A stretch of DNA of 64,000 bases from a virus. Below, piece by piece: positions 1-10,248 of this stretch (positions are counted from its first letter, which is position 1; each line of letters starts with the position of its first letter). A program made the position numbers and the translations under genes. The notes beneath the pieces were generated by a model, which saw nothing but the letters and a program-made list of their open reading frames with translations, was not told where the DNA came from and did no database searches. The stretch is from positions 21,209 to 85,208 of IMG/VR virus record IMGVR_UViG_3300035438_001058. One strand, written 5' to 3'.

Positions 1-1100
1 GTGTAAAGATTAATAAATATGGGTTTCATTTTCCCCTCTTTAAATCTTAGAATTCTGCCAGTTTGTTGCGTATTAGTAAGTTTAGTAGATACTCCTGATA
101 AGCATATTGCTCCGTCGACATCTGGCAAGTTAACACCTTCGTTTAAAGCGTCAACTGCTATAAGCAAGTTGAAATCACCGTTCTTAAACGCCTGTAAAAC
201 AATTTCTCTACTCTTTAACTTCATCTTAGAGTGGTAAACTCTACCCCCTACTACAGATCTTAAAGCTTCAGCAAATTTAATACTTTTAGTAAACAGCAAC
301 CACTTTCTATTTGGCTCAAACTTTTCTATTATAGCTTTGGCGACACTAATCTTGGTAAGATTATTGTAAACCACTAATTTTCTTAGTTGCATGGCTCCCC
401 AGTATTGTTTGCAGAGCGTCTTTAGTTCCCTATCGTCAGAATACTGTTCAGCCTTAGCCAGATCAAACACGTTACGATATCTAGAAGATAAATTAGGATC
501 TTCACTTCGCAACCTGTCCAGCTTTATTAGCGACGTATTAAACACGTTGTCAAATGCCTTGTATTTACCTGCCATTGATTTGTCCATCCCCACTTCTAAG
601 TTGTAGATATTGAATTTAGGTAATATACCTTTATCGACAACATCTAATAAACTCTTGGCGTAAACAACTGGCGCTACTATACCTAAAAACTCTACGTACT
701 CTTCTTCGTCTGGTATTGTTGCTGTTAAGCACAACATAGACGTAGCTTTAATACTTTGAAATACTTTTCTGTATTCAGGAGAAAGAGCTCTATGAACTTC
801 ATCTATGATCACGAAATCGTATTCAGCGACATATCTGTAAGCAGATTGAATGCAAAGATAATCAACATTATTGTTATCTCCTAATTCTGCGGCAAATAAT
901 TCCCTAAATTGGTGTATAATGGGGATTCTTGAGGTAATGACTAGTGTCTTAGGAGGGACTCTAAAAGACTTAAAAGCCATTACCGCAAGTCTGGATTTTC
1001 CTACCCCGGTAGGTAGTACAACCGTTCCCCATTTACCAGCCTTATCTCAGGCTGTCAACGCTTCATTTTGAAGTGCTGTTACATTTTCTCTTAGTTTCAT
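1..1100 (-). CDS. Superfamily 2 (DExH) helicase, runs off the left edge; one TGA=Trp at 1047-1049
   Basis: Manual translation from ATG 1100: MKLRENVTALQNEALTA(W)DKAGKWGTVVLPTGVGKS, IIDEVH, LTAT, DALNEGVNLP, QQTGRILR. Missing from the ORF track. Confidence 0.9.
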
Positions 1101-1101
1101 C

Positions 1102-1884
1102 TTAGGTGCATGAGGCACAGTGGCCTCTTTCGTTAAAATATTCGTTTGTGCTGTCCAAGGCTTTTAAGCAGCTGGTACATTTGCCTTCACTTAAGTTGGC
1201 CATACAATTAGAGCAAAATGTGGCGTACTTAGTACTAGGAGTAAATTTTGCGTTACATCCTAAGCACGTGGACAATCCCTTAGCTTCTTTAGTGCAAGAT
1301 TTGCATAGGGTTCTACCTACTGTGGTAGCTTTTCTGCATTTTGGGCAGATTTTAATGTCTTTACTATCTCTGGTGGCAGAAGTGTGGATCTGAATTTCTT
1401 TATAGCAATCTTTACATTGCCCCCTAGAGTTTAAGTGCGAAACATTTTTACAACTAGAACATTGTTCTGTCTTGTTGGTTTTTGGCATAAAGTTTCCGCC
1501 ATAAAAACACTCTGGGCACGCACTAGTGTGCGAGGCATAAACATCACATTCATTCTTACACTTCGAGCATATAAGGGTTGCCTCGCTAGCGCAAGCCCCA
1601 CATAGGGTTTCTCGCACAAGGCGGGAATTGCTGGGTATTAACTCGTTATCTTTTTCAAAACAACGTTGACACGCTCCTGCTATATTAACCCATTTCTGCT
1701 CACCACACTCGTGGCAAACATCTTGGTGAGTTTCGACCCATTCTGCGTGCGTAGGGGCAGTTAGAACGCTAGAAGCAGGGTAACCTTTACACTTTCTACA
1801 AGTGTTCTTACAATTACTGCATACAGCGTTCTCTAAATAGTGAAAGCAAGATGGGTCTAAGCACTGCCTGCTTTCACTCTCTAG
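1102..1884 (-). CDS. Cys-rich multi-CxxC (zinc-ribbon-like) domain, probably reached by -1 frameshift from the upstream gene
   Basis: Frame is open from 1893 to TAA 1102. CxxC motifs begin about 80 codons before the first ATG/GTG/TTG (1617). Confidence 0.7.
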   Translation of the reverse strand, partial: LESESRQCLDPSCFHYLENAVCSNCKNTCRKCKGYPASSVLTAPTHAEWVETHQDVCHECGEQKWVNIAGACQRCFEKDNELIPSNSRLVRETLCGACASEATLICSKCKNECDVYASHTSACPECFYGGNFMPKTNKTEQCSSCKNVSHLNSRGQCKDCYKEIQIHTSATRDSKDIKICPKCRKATTVGRTLCKSCTKEAKGLSTCLGCNAKFTPSTKYATFCSNCMANLSEGKCTSCLKALDSTNEYFNERGHCASCT

Positions 1885-1890
1885 TTTTTT
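1839..1890 (-). other. Candidate programmed -1 ribosomal frameshift signal
   Basis: In-phase A_AAA_AAC (1890-1884), 5-nt spacer, 12-bp stem AGTGAAAGCAGG/CTTGCTTTCACT (1878-1867 with 1850-1839). Confidence 0.7.
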
Positions 1891-2999
1891 GATTTAGAGG
1901 GTAATGTGATGGCATCTTTGGTCCACCCTTGAAGAGTCTCCCTAATTTGCACCTGTAGCTGGGGTTTAGTGATCCCCTTGTGTGTAGCAGGTTTACCAGA
2001 CTCTAAGGTCTTGATACCCATGTTAATCTCCACTATGCCAGCAAAAGCTTTTGTCTTTGCTGCATCATCCATTTTGATGTAGTAAGGAAGAATTTTATCC
2101 ATCCAGACTTGTGGTTTGTCTATCCCTAGAAATTCTAAGGCAGTTGTTATCTGGTCTGTGGCCTTCTTGTTCACCTTTTTCGGATCATTGTCCTTTTTCT
2201 CATCGTCTTTCTTGTCCTCGTCCTTCTTATCTTCTTTCTTATCTTCTTTTTTCTCTTCTTTCTTCTCAGCTGGAACGTCAAACATATCTGTGTTCAATGC
2301 GTGCTGAATTCCCTCTTTTGTTAAGGACAATTTAAGGGCAAGAACGACCTCATAAATTGTCAGAAGCAAGTGAAATGTTGTTATAATGACGCTACTCATC
2401 ATAGCGCTATGAAGATTAGCAAAAGGAGAGAAAGTAGGTGGATACCTATTCTCTGCTATTACAGCCGTCAAGAAGGAAGGATGTAAAAATCCCATCTTCA
2501 CCTTCATCATTACCCAGAAGCATTCTAATTGACCTGTGTTATGCACAGCGTTGGCCATAGCTAACATATTTACTATTGGAGCGCCGACAGCAAAGATGAA
2601 GGATATTAGAATAATTACTAGGATAGTAGAGCCTAAACCCATTCGCACCCCTATTGGTCTTGGTATAACAAATACGGAAACAAACTCGCCAATAGCTTTT
2701 GCTAAGCCAAAAGCACCGACAGTACTGATAGCCGCTGCAATTAGGTGAACTGACATTCGCACCGTTACATTTGTCTTTTCGTCTTGCACTGAACCTAGTA
2801 GTGCTGCTTCTGCTATCAACGCAGATAGTTGTAAACCTATTAGATAGGTAAAGTTGTACTTGATAATTGCTCTAGCTAAAAGAGCTGCAGGTTCTAATCC
2901 CTTTAATTTGGGATCTTTTTGTGCTTGTTTGTACAGGTAATAGGTCAAAAGACCTACGCAAACGAAGAAGGCGACAAATACTATCGTGCTCTCTATCAT
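1881..2999 (-). CDS. Multi-pass membrane protein with K/D/E-rich linker and soluble C-terminal domain
   Basis: Several hydrophobic segments in the first ~225 aa, then EKKEEKKEDKK low-complexity linker. Confidence 0.75.
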   Translation of the reverse strand: MIESTIVFVAFFVCVGLLTYYLYKQAQKDPKLKGLEPAALLARAIIKYNFTYLIGLQLSALIAEAALLGSVQDEKTNVTVRMSVHLIAAAISTVGAFGLAKAIGEFVSVFVIPRPIGVRMGLGSTILVIILISFIFAVGAPIVNMLAMANAVHNTGQLECFWVMMKVKMGFLHPSFLTAVIAENRYPPTFSPFANLHSAMMSSVIITTFHLLLTIYEVVLALKLSLTKEGIQHALNTDMFDVPAEKKEEKKEDKKEDKKDEDKKDDEKKDNDPKKVNKKATDQITTALEFLGIDKPQVWMDKILPYYIKMDDAAKTKAFAGIVEINMGIKTLESGKPATHKGITKPQLQVQIRETLQGWTKDAITLPSKSKN

Positions 3000-4891
3000 T
3001 ATTTATTCCATATTTTAGTTATTACTGCTTTAGCTGGGATATCTAAATGAGTAGTGTATTCTCTAGAAGCATCTAGGCAACACTTCTCTAATATCTTTGC
3101 GACAGTGTGTGAGAATTCGTCGGGGCATTCGAGTATTATTTCATCATGCACGAACAGTACGATTTTAAAAGGTATTTTTTTAGCAAATTTTCTAAGGAGA
3201 ACTCCAGCCCTCTTACCTATATCGGCAGCGGTTCCTTGTACTGGAATATTCTGTGCCCATCTCTGTATTTTTGAATCCCAGTAACTATAGGCGTCTCTAA
3301 TAGCTGGGTGTGGATCAGTGTATGTTAATCTGCACTTCTCCATGTACTTCTTGCACTCTAAATAATCATCAAAGAATGGAACAAATGACTTTCTACCGCT
3401 AACGGGGTTACAAACTACATATCCAAAATTCTTAGCCTCTAATCCTTGGTTGGAAAAGTATGCCTCAAGTTTTGGGAAGCTATCGTAATAACCTCTAATA
3501 AGAGATTTTGCTCTTGTTATAGGAATATCAAATTGTTCCGAAAGTTTTTTAGCTCCTCCGCCGTAAGCTATCAAGAACCCTATGGACTTGGCTATACGAC
3601 GTTCTTCGCTGTCTTTGGTCAAGTTCGGATCATTAAATGCGATCTTAGCAATCTCTAGGTGAAAGTCCGTACCGCTACCGCAAGCTTTGATCATGTTTGG
3701 GTCTCCAGACTTATCCGCTATTATCCTTGCTTCTTGGTTTGAAAAGTCAGCCACTACAAACGAGTGGCCTTCTTCTGCCATGAAAGCAGATCTATAGACG
3801 TCACCTCTTGAAATATTCTGTAAATTAGGATTAGTGGAAGATATCCTACCTGTACGCATTACCTGCATGAAGGAAGAATGTACCCTTCCAGAATAAGGGT
3901 TGATGTGCCTTAAAAATTTGTCCCCATAAGAGACTGCCTTTTTCTTGAGCATCTTGTAATCCAAATAAGTCTTGAGTATGCTAAACTTAGCTTCCTGTTT
4001 GAGAAGCACTAGTCTCCCTACACTCTCCTTTATTTCCCCAGTCTTTTTGTCTAGAGTAAGAACATCTACCCCTATTCCTTTCAGGGCGGTTACAGCTTGT
4101 TTAGGGCTGTCCCAATTTATATCAAATTGGGCAAGTAATTGATCATGCAAACTCTTGGCTTGCTTAGCGACTTCTTGGGCATTACTAAGCCACCTATTCC
4201 CTTCCAGGAATATTCCGTTTAGCTCCATATCTCCCAAAACCTTAATAAACTCAAACTCGAGTTTTAAGGTACGCTTTAAGTCCAACTCTCTCGCCTTCTC
4301 GACTAATTTCTTTTTTAGTAGAGCCGTGGCTTCCACGTCCATCGCTCCATAATATATTTGTTCTAAGGTAAACGGTGCATCCCCTATAGTGGAAAAAGAA
4401 GTCCGTACCTTTTTAGTAACTGTAGGCGCGAATAGATTGCCTTGGCCGCTGTAATAGGCTCTTACATACCTAGCAACGCATTGCTCGAGTGTGAAGTGGC
4501 CTTTAGGCGCATCTTTACCGCATTCAATAATCTGAGCGGCAATCATAGTATCCCAAAGATTCTCTAATCTTATCCCATAATTACTGGCTATAACTTGGTA
4601 GTCATACTTGAGATTATGTCCGAGTATGGGCCTATTCGAATCTTGTATGCTTCTAAGTAGGCCTTTAGGGCAATGTTCTCTAGTGTCGATAACAACTTGT
4701 GTGCCGCCATTCCCAAGTTGGAGCATGATAACCTGACGATCAAACAAATTAGTAAAATCACCAGTAGTCTCCGTATCGAGGCAAATTTCATCTCAGTCTT
4801 TTATTAGGTCCTGAATCTGGTTAAAAGTTATTTGGGAAATATCCCCCTGTTGTATGAGCCATACCCCTGTCGTAGATTGCTGTGTAACCAC
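2999..4891 (-). CDS. polA: Family A DNA polymerase with 3'-5' exonuclease; TGA=Trp at 4793-4795 (GTG 4891 start tentative)
   Basis: ExoI ICLDTETTG lies upstream of the track's TTG and just after the TGA. Also HNLKYD, TGRISSTNPNLQN, ADFSNQE, RRIAKSIGFLIAYG, VQGTAAD, VHDE. Confidence 0.92.
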
Positions 4892-5072
4892 TCTTATTTC
4901 GTTTAAAGCCCACCACTTGTAAAGTTTCCTTAATGGTAGGGGTTTTAGTTTGTTTTTCCGGTTGTAGCGGCTCTTGCGTTAAGCTTTTCGTCCGCTTTAA
5001 TAGCTCGTTTGCTATGATGTTCCCGAACTGTGTTACAAGTGCGGTCATCATAACGGTAAAGAAAGTTCCCAT
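4821..5072 (-). CDS. Small hypothetical protein
   Basis: ATG after AT-rich leader, TAA stop; overlaps the proposed polA start. Confidence 0.45.
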   Translation of the reverse strand: MGTFFTVMMTALVTQFGNIIANELLKRTKSLTQEPLQPEKQTKTPTIKETLQVVGFKRNKSGYTAIYDRGMAHTTGGYFPNNF

Positions 5073-5084
5073 AATTTTAATAAA

Positions 5085-5112
5085 GTGGGAGGGGTTAGGG
5101 CCCCCTCCCTTT
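5085..5112. terminator. GC-rich hairpin, possible terminator
   Basis: gggagggg..ccccctccc inverted repeat in an intergenic gap. Confidence 0.45.
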
Positions 5113-5121
5113 CTTTACCAC

Positions 5122-5742
5122 TTATATATTTAAGTGAATATGGTCTCCAGAAGCATTGCTATTAAAGAATACATATTTTTCGGTATTCGAGTCGCCGAGA
5201 TATTTCCGAACTCGCGCAGATCCTGGTCTACCTTCTATGTACATTCTAATGTTATGTTCCCGAAGTCATTCAACTCCTTCTTTGGAAACTAAAAATGAGA
5301 TTACATCTTCGTTCCATTCCAAATCCACGGCTCTACCGTGAAAATGTTGCGACTTTTTGTTGTAGCCTCTCTTTAAAGAGTTGACACGCGCAGTTGGCCC
5401 TTTGTAGGATGACAACGCATAAATTAACTCCTTGCTGACACTTGTGTCTACTGGTGTGTACAGCATGAAGCCAAAGAAGTTTCCAGTGACACACTCCCCC
5501 GTTCTTTTAGATTTCCACCTTTTACCTAAGTATGGGTGTGTTTCTTCTAAACGTTTTAACTTCGCATTAGTTGTGTCTTGTTGAGAAAAAAGTTTCTCAA
5601 CTTTCTCCATCAAGCACTTATTCTCACTTTTTAATTCTGTATTGATAGCAAATTGTTTTTGCCAGCCAAATACAGTAATAGTTAAAAGTAAAAACATTGC
5701 TAATGCCATTAAAGGCCTGTACCACTTTTCAGTGTTATTCAT
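5122..5742 (-). CDS. Peptidase M15-like Zn peptidoglycan peptidase with N-terminal TM/signal; TGA=Trp at 5266-5268
   Basis: SQHFHGRAVD motif before the TGA; the HIH third-ligand motif (GDHIHLNI*) appears only after readthrough, ending TAA 5122. Confidence 0.8.
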
Positions 5743-5811
5743 AATATTCTATTAAGTGTTCATTGCCCTCTTATAAAGTGGTTGAGGGTAATCCAGCCAT
5801 CCACAAGGCTG

Positions 5812-6408
5812 TTAAATACTGTCCAGCAGAGCTCTGGGACTCTTAGGCACCATTACTGGCACCGCGTCTTCCCCGTCCCCGCCTTTAAGTAGGGTAGTAG
5901 CCATATTATATATGTCCCCTAATGTTGGTGACACTAAACCCGCTACTCTTTTCTGTCGGTTATGAAAGAACCTTTCATTTACCTCACTATCCGTTGTTGT
6001 ATGTCCAAAACACATTTCACCATCTTTACGATAGACGGACCCGCCTAATACTTCAGCGAAGGTAAGGAATGCCGACATACCAATGCCTAGAATTCCGTTC
6101 TTGCCCTTGCCTTCATCTTGTTTCTTCATATACCAACTCAAAGTCTCTACCCTAAAATACTCCAGCGCCTGATCTTGGGGTGGAATGTTTGGAGGGAGTT
6201 TAGATTCTCTCTTGAAATAAGAGATATTGGCGTTGATACCTCCAGTATCAGGGATCAATAGCACCGATTTAGGGTGATAGTGTTTCTGATCTGGTGAGAT
6301 TGTGACTACTTGCCACTCCCTGTCCAGAAAGTAATTCCGGATTTCAAGTGTTCCACAATCTGCGTATGGCTGCATTATTAACAGCCGTTTCTCAATGTTG
6401 GCGTCCAT
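5812..6408 (-). CDS. Degenerate class I glutamine-amidotransferase/peptidase C26-like protein
   Basis: LLIPDTGG...GILGIGMSA...VLGG resembles LLLxGG...ILGICRG...GG but lacks the catalytic Cys. Confidence 0.4.
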   Translation of the reverse strand: MDANIEKRLLIMQPYADCGTLEIRNYFLDREWQVVTISPDQKHYHPKSVLLIPDTGGINANISYFKRESKLPPNIPPQDQALEYFRVETLSWYMKKQDEGKGKNGILGIGMSAFLTFAEVLGGSVYRKDGEMCFGHTTTDSEVNERFFHNRQKRVAGLVSPTLGDIYNMATTLLKGGDGEDAVPVMVPKSPRALLDSI

Positions 6409-6661
6409 AGTATAAATGTTTTAGGTATTCTAGTATAATACCTTTTACGTGTTTCTGCGTTATTTTTTTGGCTGTACGACTTGCGAAAAAGTTGCTCGCA
6501 ACTAAGTACATGGTTTCAAAGTCGCCTACGGCCCCGTGAATAAATAAATCCTTGGGAATGCTGTTGTAAATGTCCCCAATGGTTTCAAATCCGAGGCTTC
6601 TAGCGAAGAAGCCGTTCTGCCCTTTTACGAGCATCCGACTTGTTTTTTCTGTTATGATCAT
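6392..6661 (-). CDS. Hypothetical protein (TGA stop)
   Basis: Tiles between neighbours. Confidence 0.55.
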   Translation of the reverse strand: MIITEKTSRMLVKGQNGFFARSLGFETIGDIYNSIPKDLFIHGAVGDFETMYLVASNFFASRTAKKITQKHVKGIILEYLKHLYYGRQH

Positions 6662-7040
6662 GCAGCTGGCCTAAAAGGCGTCTTGTGGTTATTTGTAGCG
6701 CTCTTTTATAAGCGGTGTTTCTTTTCCTGGATTTTACCCGCACATTTAGTGTGGGGCCAGTTACAGTGACTGTATATCCAATACGTCGTGCTTCTGCAGG
6801 ATATATTGGGTATATGTCTACCTGCTCACTAACTACGGTATCCAGCTGAAGTAAGTCTTTTTCCAACTGTGTTATTGTAAACGGTCTTCTGTTTACGTAG
6901 ATCGTAGTCGTTTTGTCGAGTCTTTCCAGAAAACTCATCATACGATCGCTTATGCGCATTTTTTGACTGTATTTTACGGGCGAGCGATGGTGGGAATATT
7001 TCCCGTATTTGGTGTACTGTGTGGCCGTTAAAGCTTTCAT
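6600..7040 (-). CDS. Hypothetical basic protein (true start probably near 6941)
   Basis: ORF track; long overlap with upstream ORF suggests a later start. Confidence 0.5.
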   Translation of the reverse strand: MKALTATQYTKYGKYSHHRSPVKYSQKMRISDRMMSFLERLDKTTTIYVNRRPFTITQLEKDLLQLDTVVSEQVDIYPIYPAEARRIGYTVTVTGPTLNVRVKSRKRNTAYKRALQITTRRLLGQLHDHNRKNKSDARKRAERLLR

Positions 7041-7314
7041 CTCTTTCCATAAAATCTTCGAACATTACCTCAGGAGTTCTGGCAATGCCTACTCCGTACA
7101 GGATTCCGATCTCAATTTCTGCCCTTCCTACACAATAACGTTCGTGCAGCGTGTGCATTTGTTCCTGTTTTTGAGAAATTCTTTTCAGTCTTTCTTCTCT
7201 TTTGGAACGCATTCGAGGTTCGCGGATTGTTGGTGCAGGTATGTAAAAATCTTCATCCTTGTGTTTGAAGAAGTTTACTACTCTTACATAGTCGCATTTA
7301 GCTTTAATCCTCAT
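6829..7314 (-). CDS. Hypothetical protein
   Basis: ORF track; start overlaps previous gene end. Confidence 0.55.
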   Translation of the reverse strand: MRIKAKCDYVRVVNFFKHKDEDFYIPAPTIREPRMRSKREERLKRISQKQEQMHTLHERYCVGRAEIEIGILYGVGIARTPEVMFEDFMERDESFNGHTVHQIREIFPPSLARKIQSKNAHKRSYDEFSGKTRQNDYDLRKQKTVYNNTVGKRLTSAGYRS

Positions 7315-7741
7315 CTATAACCAGTTTTTTTCCTGTTACCAGGGGTTGCCGAATTTTACTTGCCTTTACTCCAAACTTACGAGCAAGGCCTAATGCAGTG
7401 TCACCTTTTTTTATTACGTATTCCACAGGTATGGGCGTAGTTTTCTGCATACGTTTTTGCGTAGTTACAGAATAGCTCACAATTGCCCCAGATTCCATTT
7501 TTATGTCCACGTGCACATCACTGGGCCCGGGAGCATTTTCGATCGCGCTCAAGTCAATTACGAGCCTTGTAGGCCCATCCTCGTCGCTTATTTGAACTGT
7601 TGGAGTAGTATCTAGCGCCATTCCTAAGGAATCGGTAGAAACTACGGGGGTTGGCCCGCTATAAACCTCGTCAGAACCGTCACACGATGCTAAAAGATTT
7701 ATGATAATTAATAGGCCTAGAATTATATAATATTGCCTCAA
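7304..7741 (-). CDS. LysM-domain lipoprotein
   Basis: Signal with lipobox LLASC; C-terminal YVIKKGDTALGLARKFGV. Confidence 0.8.
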   Translation of the reverse strand: MRQYYIILGLLIIINLLASCDGSDEVYSGPTPVVSTDSLGMALDTTPTVQISDEDGPTRLVIDLSAIENAPGPSDVHVDIKMESGAIVSYSVTTQKRMQKTTPIPVEYVIKKGDTALGLARKFGVKASKIRQPLVTGKKLVIDED

Positions 7742-8345
7742 AATACTGGGTTTTACTTATTTCCACAGGTTTTCTGTGAGCGGGCATAGTTTTTGCCCAC
7801 AAAGATACTACTTTCGCGTGATTCTTTCGCCAAATGGGCGAAGTATTTTTTAAAAGCTCGCGCTCTTTGGGATGAAATATAGCGAAAGCATCTGTATCCA
7901 TGTAGTCTACGTAGTTGATTGTTTCTAAATACTGTTTTAGTTTCGTTGGTACTAACTTCAGAACTTCAGTATTTGGTACTGAAGTTCTATCAAATGCTGC
8001 GTGCGGGACGGTTAACTCAGGTACACCTTTATTTATAAGCTGGGCGATTGACTGAATTGTCTTTTCTTCTAGCCCAAGTATGTAATACGGTCTGATTAAT
8101 GGTGAGGTGCTAACTAGTTTTAGCACTAAATGCCTTTTCTTATGCAACTCAAAACCATAATCCAACAATGCTGCCTTAGCACTAAAATGCTTAATAAATA
8201 CATTTCCTGTACTACTATCATGCTCTATCGTTATTTTTGTCATAAGTCTTGTCTTTCGTTTCCATCTTACTAGGAGCATCCATAAATAAGGTTGCGGGGT
8301 AAGATATAAGTGACCCATCAGGGAATACCACAACAAAGTAGACAT
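7680..8345 (-). CDS. Hypothetical protein (start probably near 8243; TGA stop)
   Basis: ORF track. Confidence 0.55.
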   Translation of the reverse strand: MSTLLWYSLMGHLYLTPQPYLWMLLVRWKRKTRLMTKITIEHDSSTGNVFIKHFSAKAALLDYGFELHKKRHLVLKLVSTSPLIRPYYILGLEEKTIQSIAQLINKGVPELTVPHAAFDRTSVPNTEVLKLVPTKLKQYLETINYVDYMDTDAFAIFHPKERELLKNTSPIWRKNHAKVVSLWAKTMPAHRKPVEISKTQYFEAILYNSRPINYHKSFSIV

Positions 8346-8847
8346 CCTCTATTTTTTTAAAGAAGACACGTGTGGATATTACTTCCTTATGAAATATACC
8401 TTGATTTGAGTCATATATAGAATGCAAACTACCAGTTGCCACTATTTTCGCACCTTTCATGGAGTCTAAATAGGTTCTGAGCGACTGATAGTCCCACGTT
8501 ATGGAGATGCAAGTCTTTGGGTCGTTGTTGTCTAGAGGAGTCAATGTGTACACTCCATTGTACGCAAAAAATGGATCGTATTTTATACGGCATTTTGTGG
8601 ACGTACGTCTGTGAGTGCACAGATTGTCTTGGCTTAGCCCTGTTATCAGATCTTTATGATCAAAAGGCAAATTTTCTGGGGGCATATACCCCTCATCTCC
8701 CAAGGGAGATATTTTTAGAGGGTAATACCCAAACGGGTAATCGCAATCCATCTTACCAGGATATGCGACTGTTACACGTTTTAATTGAAGAGAATATTTT
8801 GTAAAAATCCCCTCAATATTGATCGGATCGTTTAGCCTGTAATTCAT
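8218..8847 (-). CDS. Hypothetical protein (TGA stop)
   Basis: ORF track; ATG follows a hairpin. Confidence 0.6.
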   Translation of the reverse strand: MNYRLNDPINIEGIFTKYSLQLKRVTVAYPGKMDCDYPFGYYPLKISPLGDEGYMPPENLPFDHKDLITGLSQDNLCTHRRTSTKCRIKYDPFFAYNGVYTLTPLDNNDPKTCISITWDYQSLRTYLDSMKGAKIVATGSLHSIYDSNQGIFHKEVISTRVFFKKIEDVYFVVVFPDGSLISYPATLFMDAPSKMETKDKTYDKNNDRA

Positions 8848-8852
8848 AGTTT

Positions 8853-8889
8853 AGGAGAGAGCCGATTTACGCGGCTCTCTCCTTTTTGT
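8853..8889. terminator. Strong intergenic hairpin
   Basis: ggagagagccg-atttacg-cggctctctcc. Confidence 0.55.
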
Positions 8890-10248
8890 TTAGTTTAGTG
8901 CTGACGCCAAAAATGTGGCAAAATCGGGATCTTTGCCCCATGAATAGACTTCCCCCAACAGGTAATCTTTGGTAGTATCTGTTGGTAAAGTCCACACTTT
9001 TGTGGGGTACATTGTCTTGAGTGTATCATACAAAGGCCGCCATTGTGTGGGGGCCAATTTGTTGATATGCAGCAAGATCTGCATACGTCCATCTCGCAGT
9101 AGATCCTGAGACATGGACTCTTCAGTCTGTGTCGCAAGTACTATTGAGACGTTCGAAGCGTCATCCAATCCCTCAGTGGCCGACAACAATGCTTTGGTCA
9201 GTGCAGGATTAAAGCCTGCTTCGTCGATGACCACAACTACGTGTTTTCCCAACTCCGGAAGTCTAGACTTCGCGAGTGGGTTTTCCATCATGTTGATGAA
9301 CTGTTGACCAGTCGCTTTAACAACAGTCAATCCAGCTTTACCAGCCATAGAAATGAACAGACGCAAAACGCTGCTCTTACCGGAAGCTGGTTCGCCGAAT
9401 AGAGAAAAGCAAAATTTCTGCTTCTTCATTAGTTCCAGGACACTGTCCAAGAACTTCTGAAGTTTAACAGTCTGCTTCTTCTCCGAGGTAATCGCTGGGT
9501 ATGACAGTTGCAACGGCGGCTGCACCGCGTGCATACGAACTGCATCCCAGACAAAAGAGGAGGGGCTTTGTTCTGCATACACGTAAACTGAGGCTTTTTG
9601 TTCCTCAGTTTTTACCAGCGGCTTGTACTCTACAAATAAGTCCTTTACGTGCTTGCGCACGTCTGGAATTATTGTTATTTGACAGCCGTCTTCACAGTTT
9701 GATGGAAGGTACGCCGTTATCCGTGACAGAATGTTGACTTTTCCGTCAGAGTTTAAAGGCACCTCCTCCGCCGTGACATCACAGTTCTCTAAACTCCACG
9801 GTGAATACTCCGCCTTTAGTATCAACGTGTTGGGACGTGGGTCCTCAAAGTCTCGCCGGGATTTTGCCAGCACCAGAAACATCGAGCTGTCCTCATAATC
9901 CGCGGTGGTCTTCCACTCTTTGGTTACATAATAACCAGAGCTTATAATCCTATCAATAAAAACGTCCGCTAAGACATTTCTAGTAGTGATGGATATAGCT
10001 TGGTAAAATTTAGATCCATCGAGATTCTGAGCAAGAAACTCAGTGACCTTGTCGTACCCCAACAAGCTCTCCAAGCTCTCAATTCCTCTGACGATTTTTC
10101 TAAGATTATTAGACACGCTCGCCACTTCAGCGAGGAAAGATTCACCAGTTTCCAAACCTCTGTCGGCTTGTTCTTTGGCGATGTAAGTAAGGTACATCAT
10201 CCCTAGAGTTAAGGCGACGACGCAGAAACAAATAACTAACCAAGTCAT
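8890..10248 (-). CDS. Membrane-anchored AAA+ ATPase
   Basis: N-terminal TM; Walker A GEPASGKS, Walker B VVVIDE, SRH-like LLRDGR. Confidence 0.8.
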   Translation of the reverse strand: MTWLVICFCVVALTLGMMYLTYIAKEQADRGLETGESFLAEVASVSNNLRKIVRGIESLESLLGYDKVTEFLAQNLDGSKFYQAISITTRNVLADVFIDRIISSGYYVTKEWKTTADYEDSSMFLVLAKSRRDFEDPRPNTLILKAEYSPWSLENCDVTAEEVPLNSDGKVNILSRITAYLPSNCEDGCQITIIPDVRKHVKDLFVEYKPLVKTEEQKASVYVYAEQSPSSFVWDAVRMHAVQPPLQLSYPAITSEKKQTVKLQKFLDSVLELMKKQKFCFSLFGEPASGKSSVLRLFISMAGKAGLTVVKATGQQFINMMENPLAKSRLPELGKHVVVVIDEAGFNPALTKALLSATEGLDDASNVSIVLATQTEESMSQDLLRDGRMQILLHINKLAPTQWRPLYDTLKTMYPTKVWTLPTDTTKDYLLGEVYSWGKDPDFATFLASALN

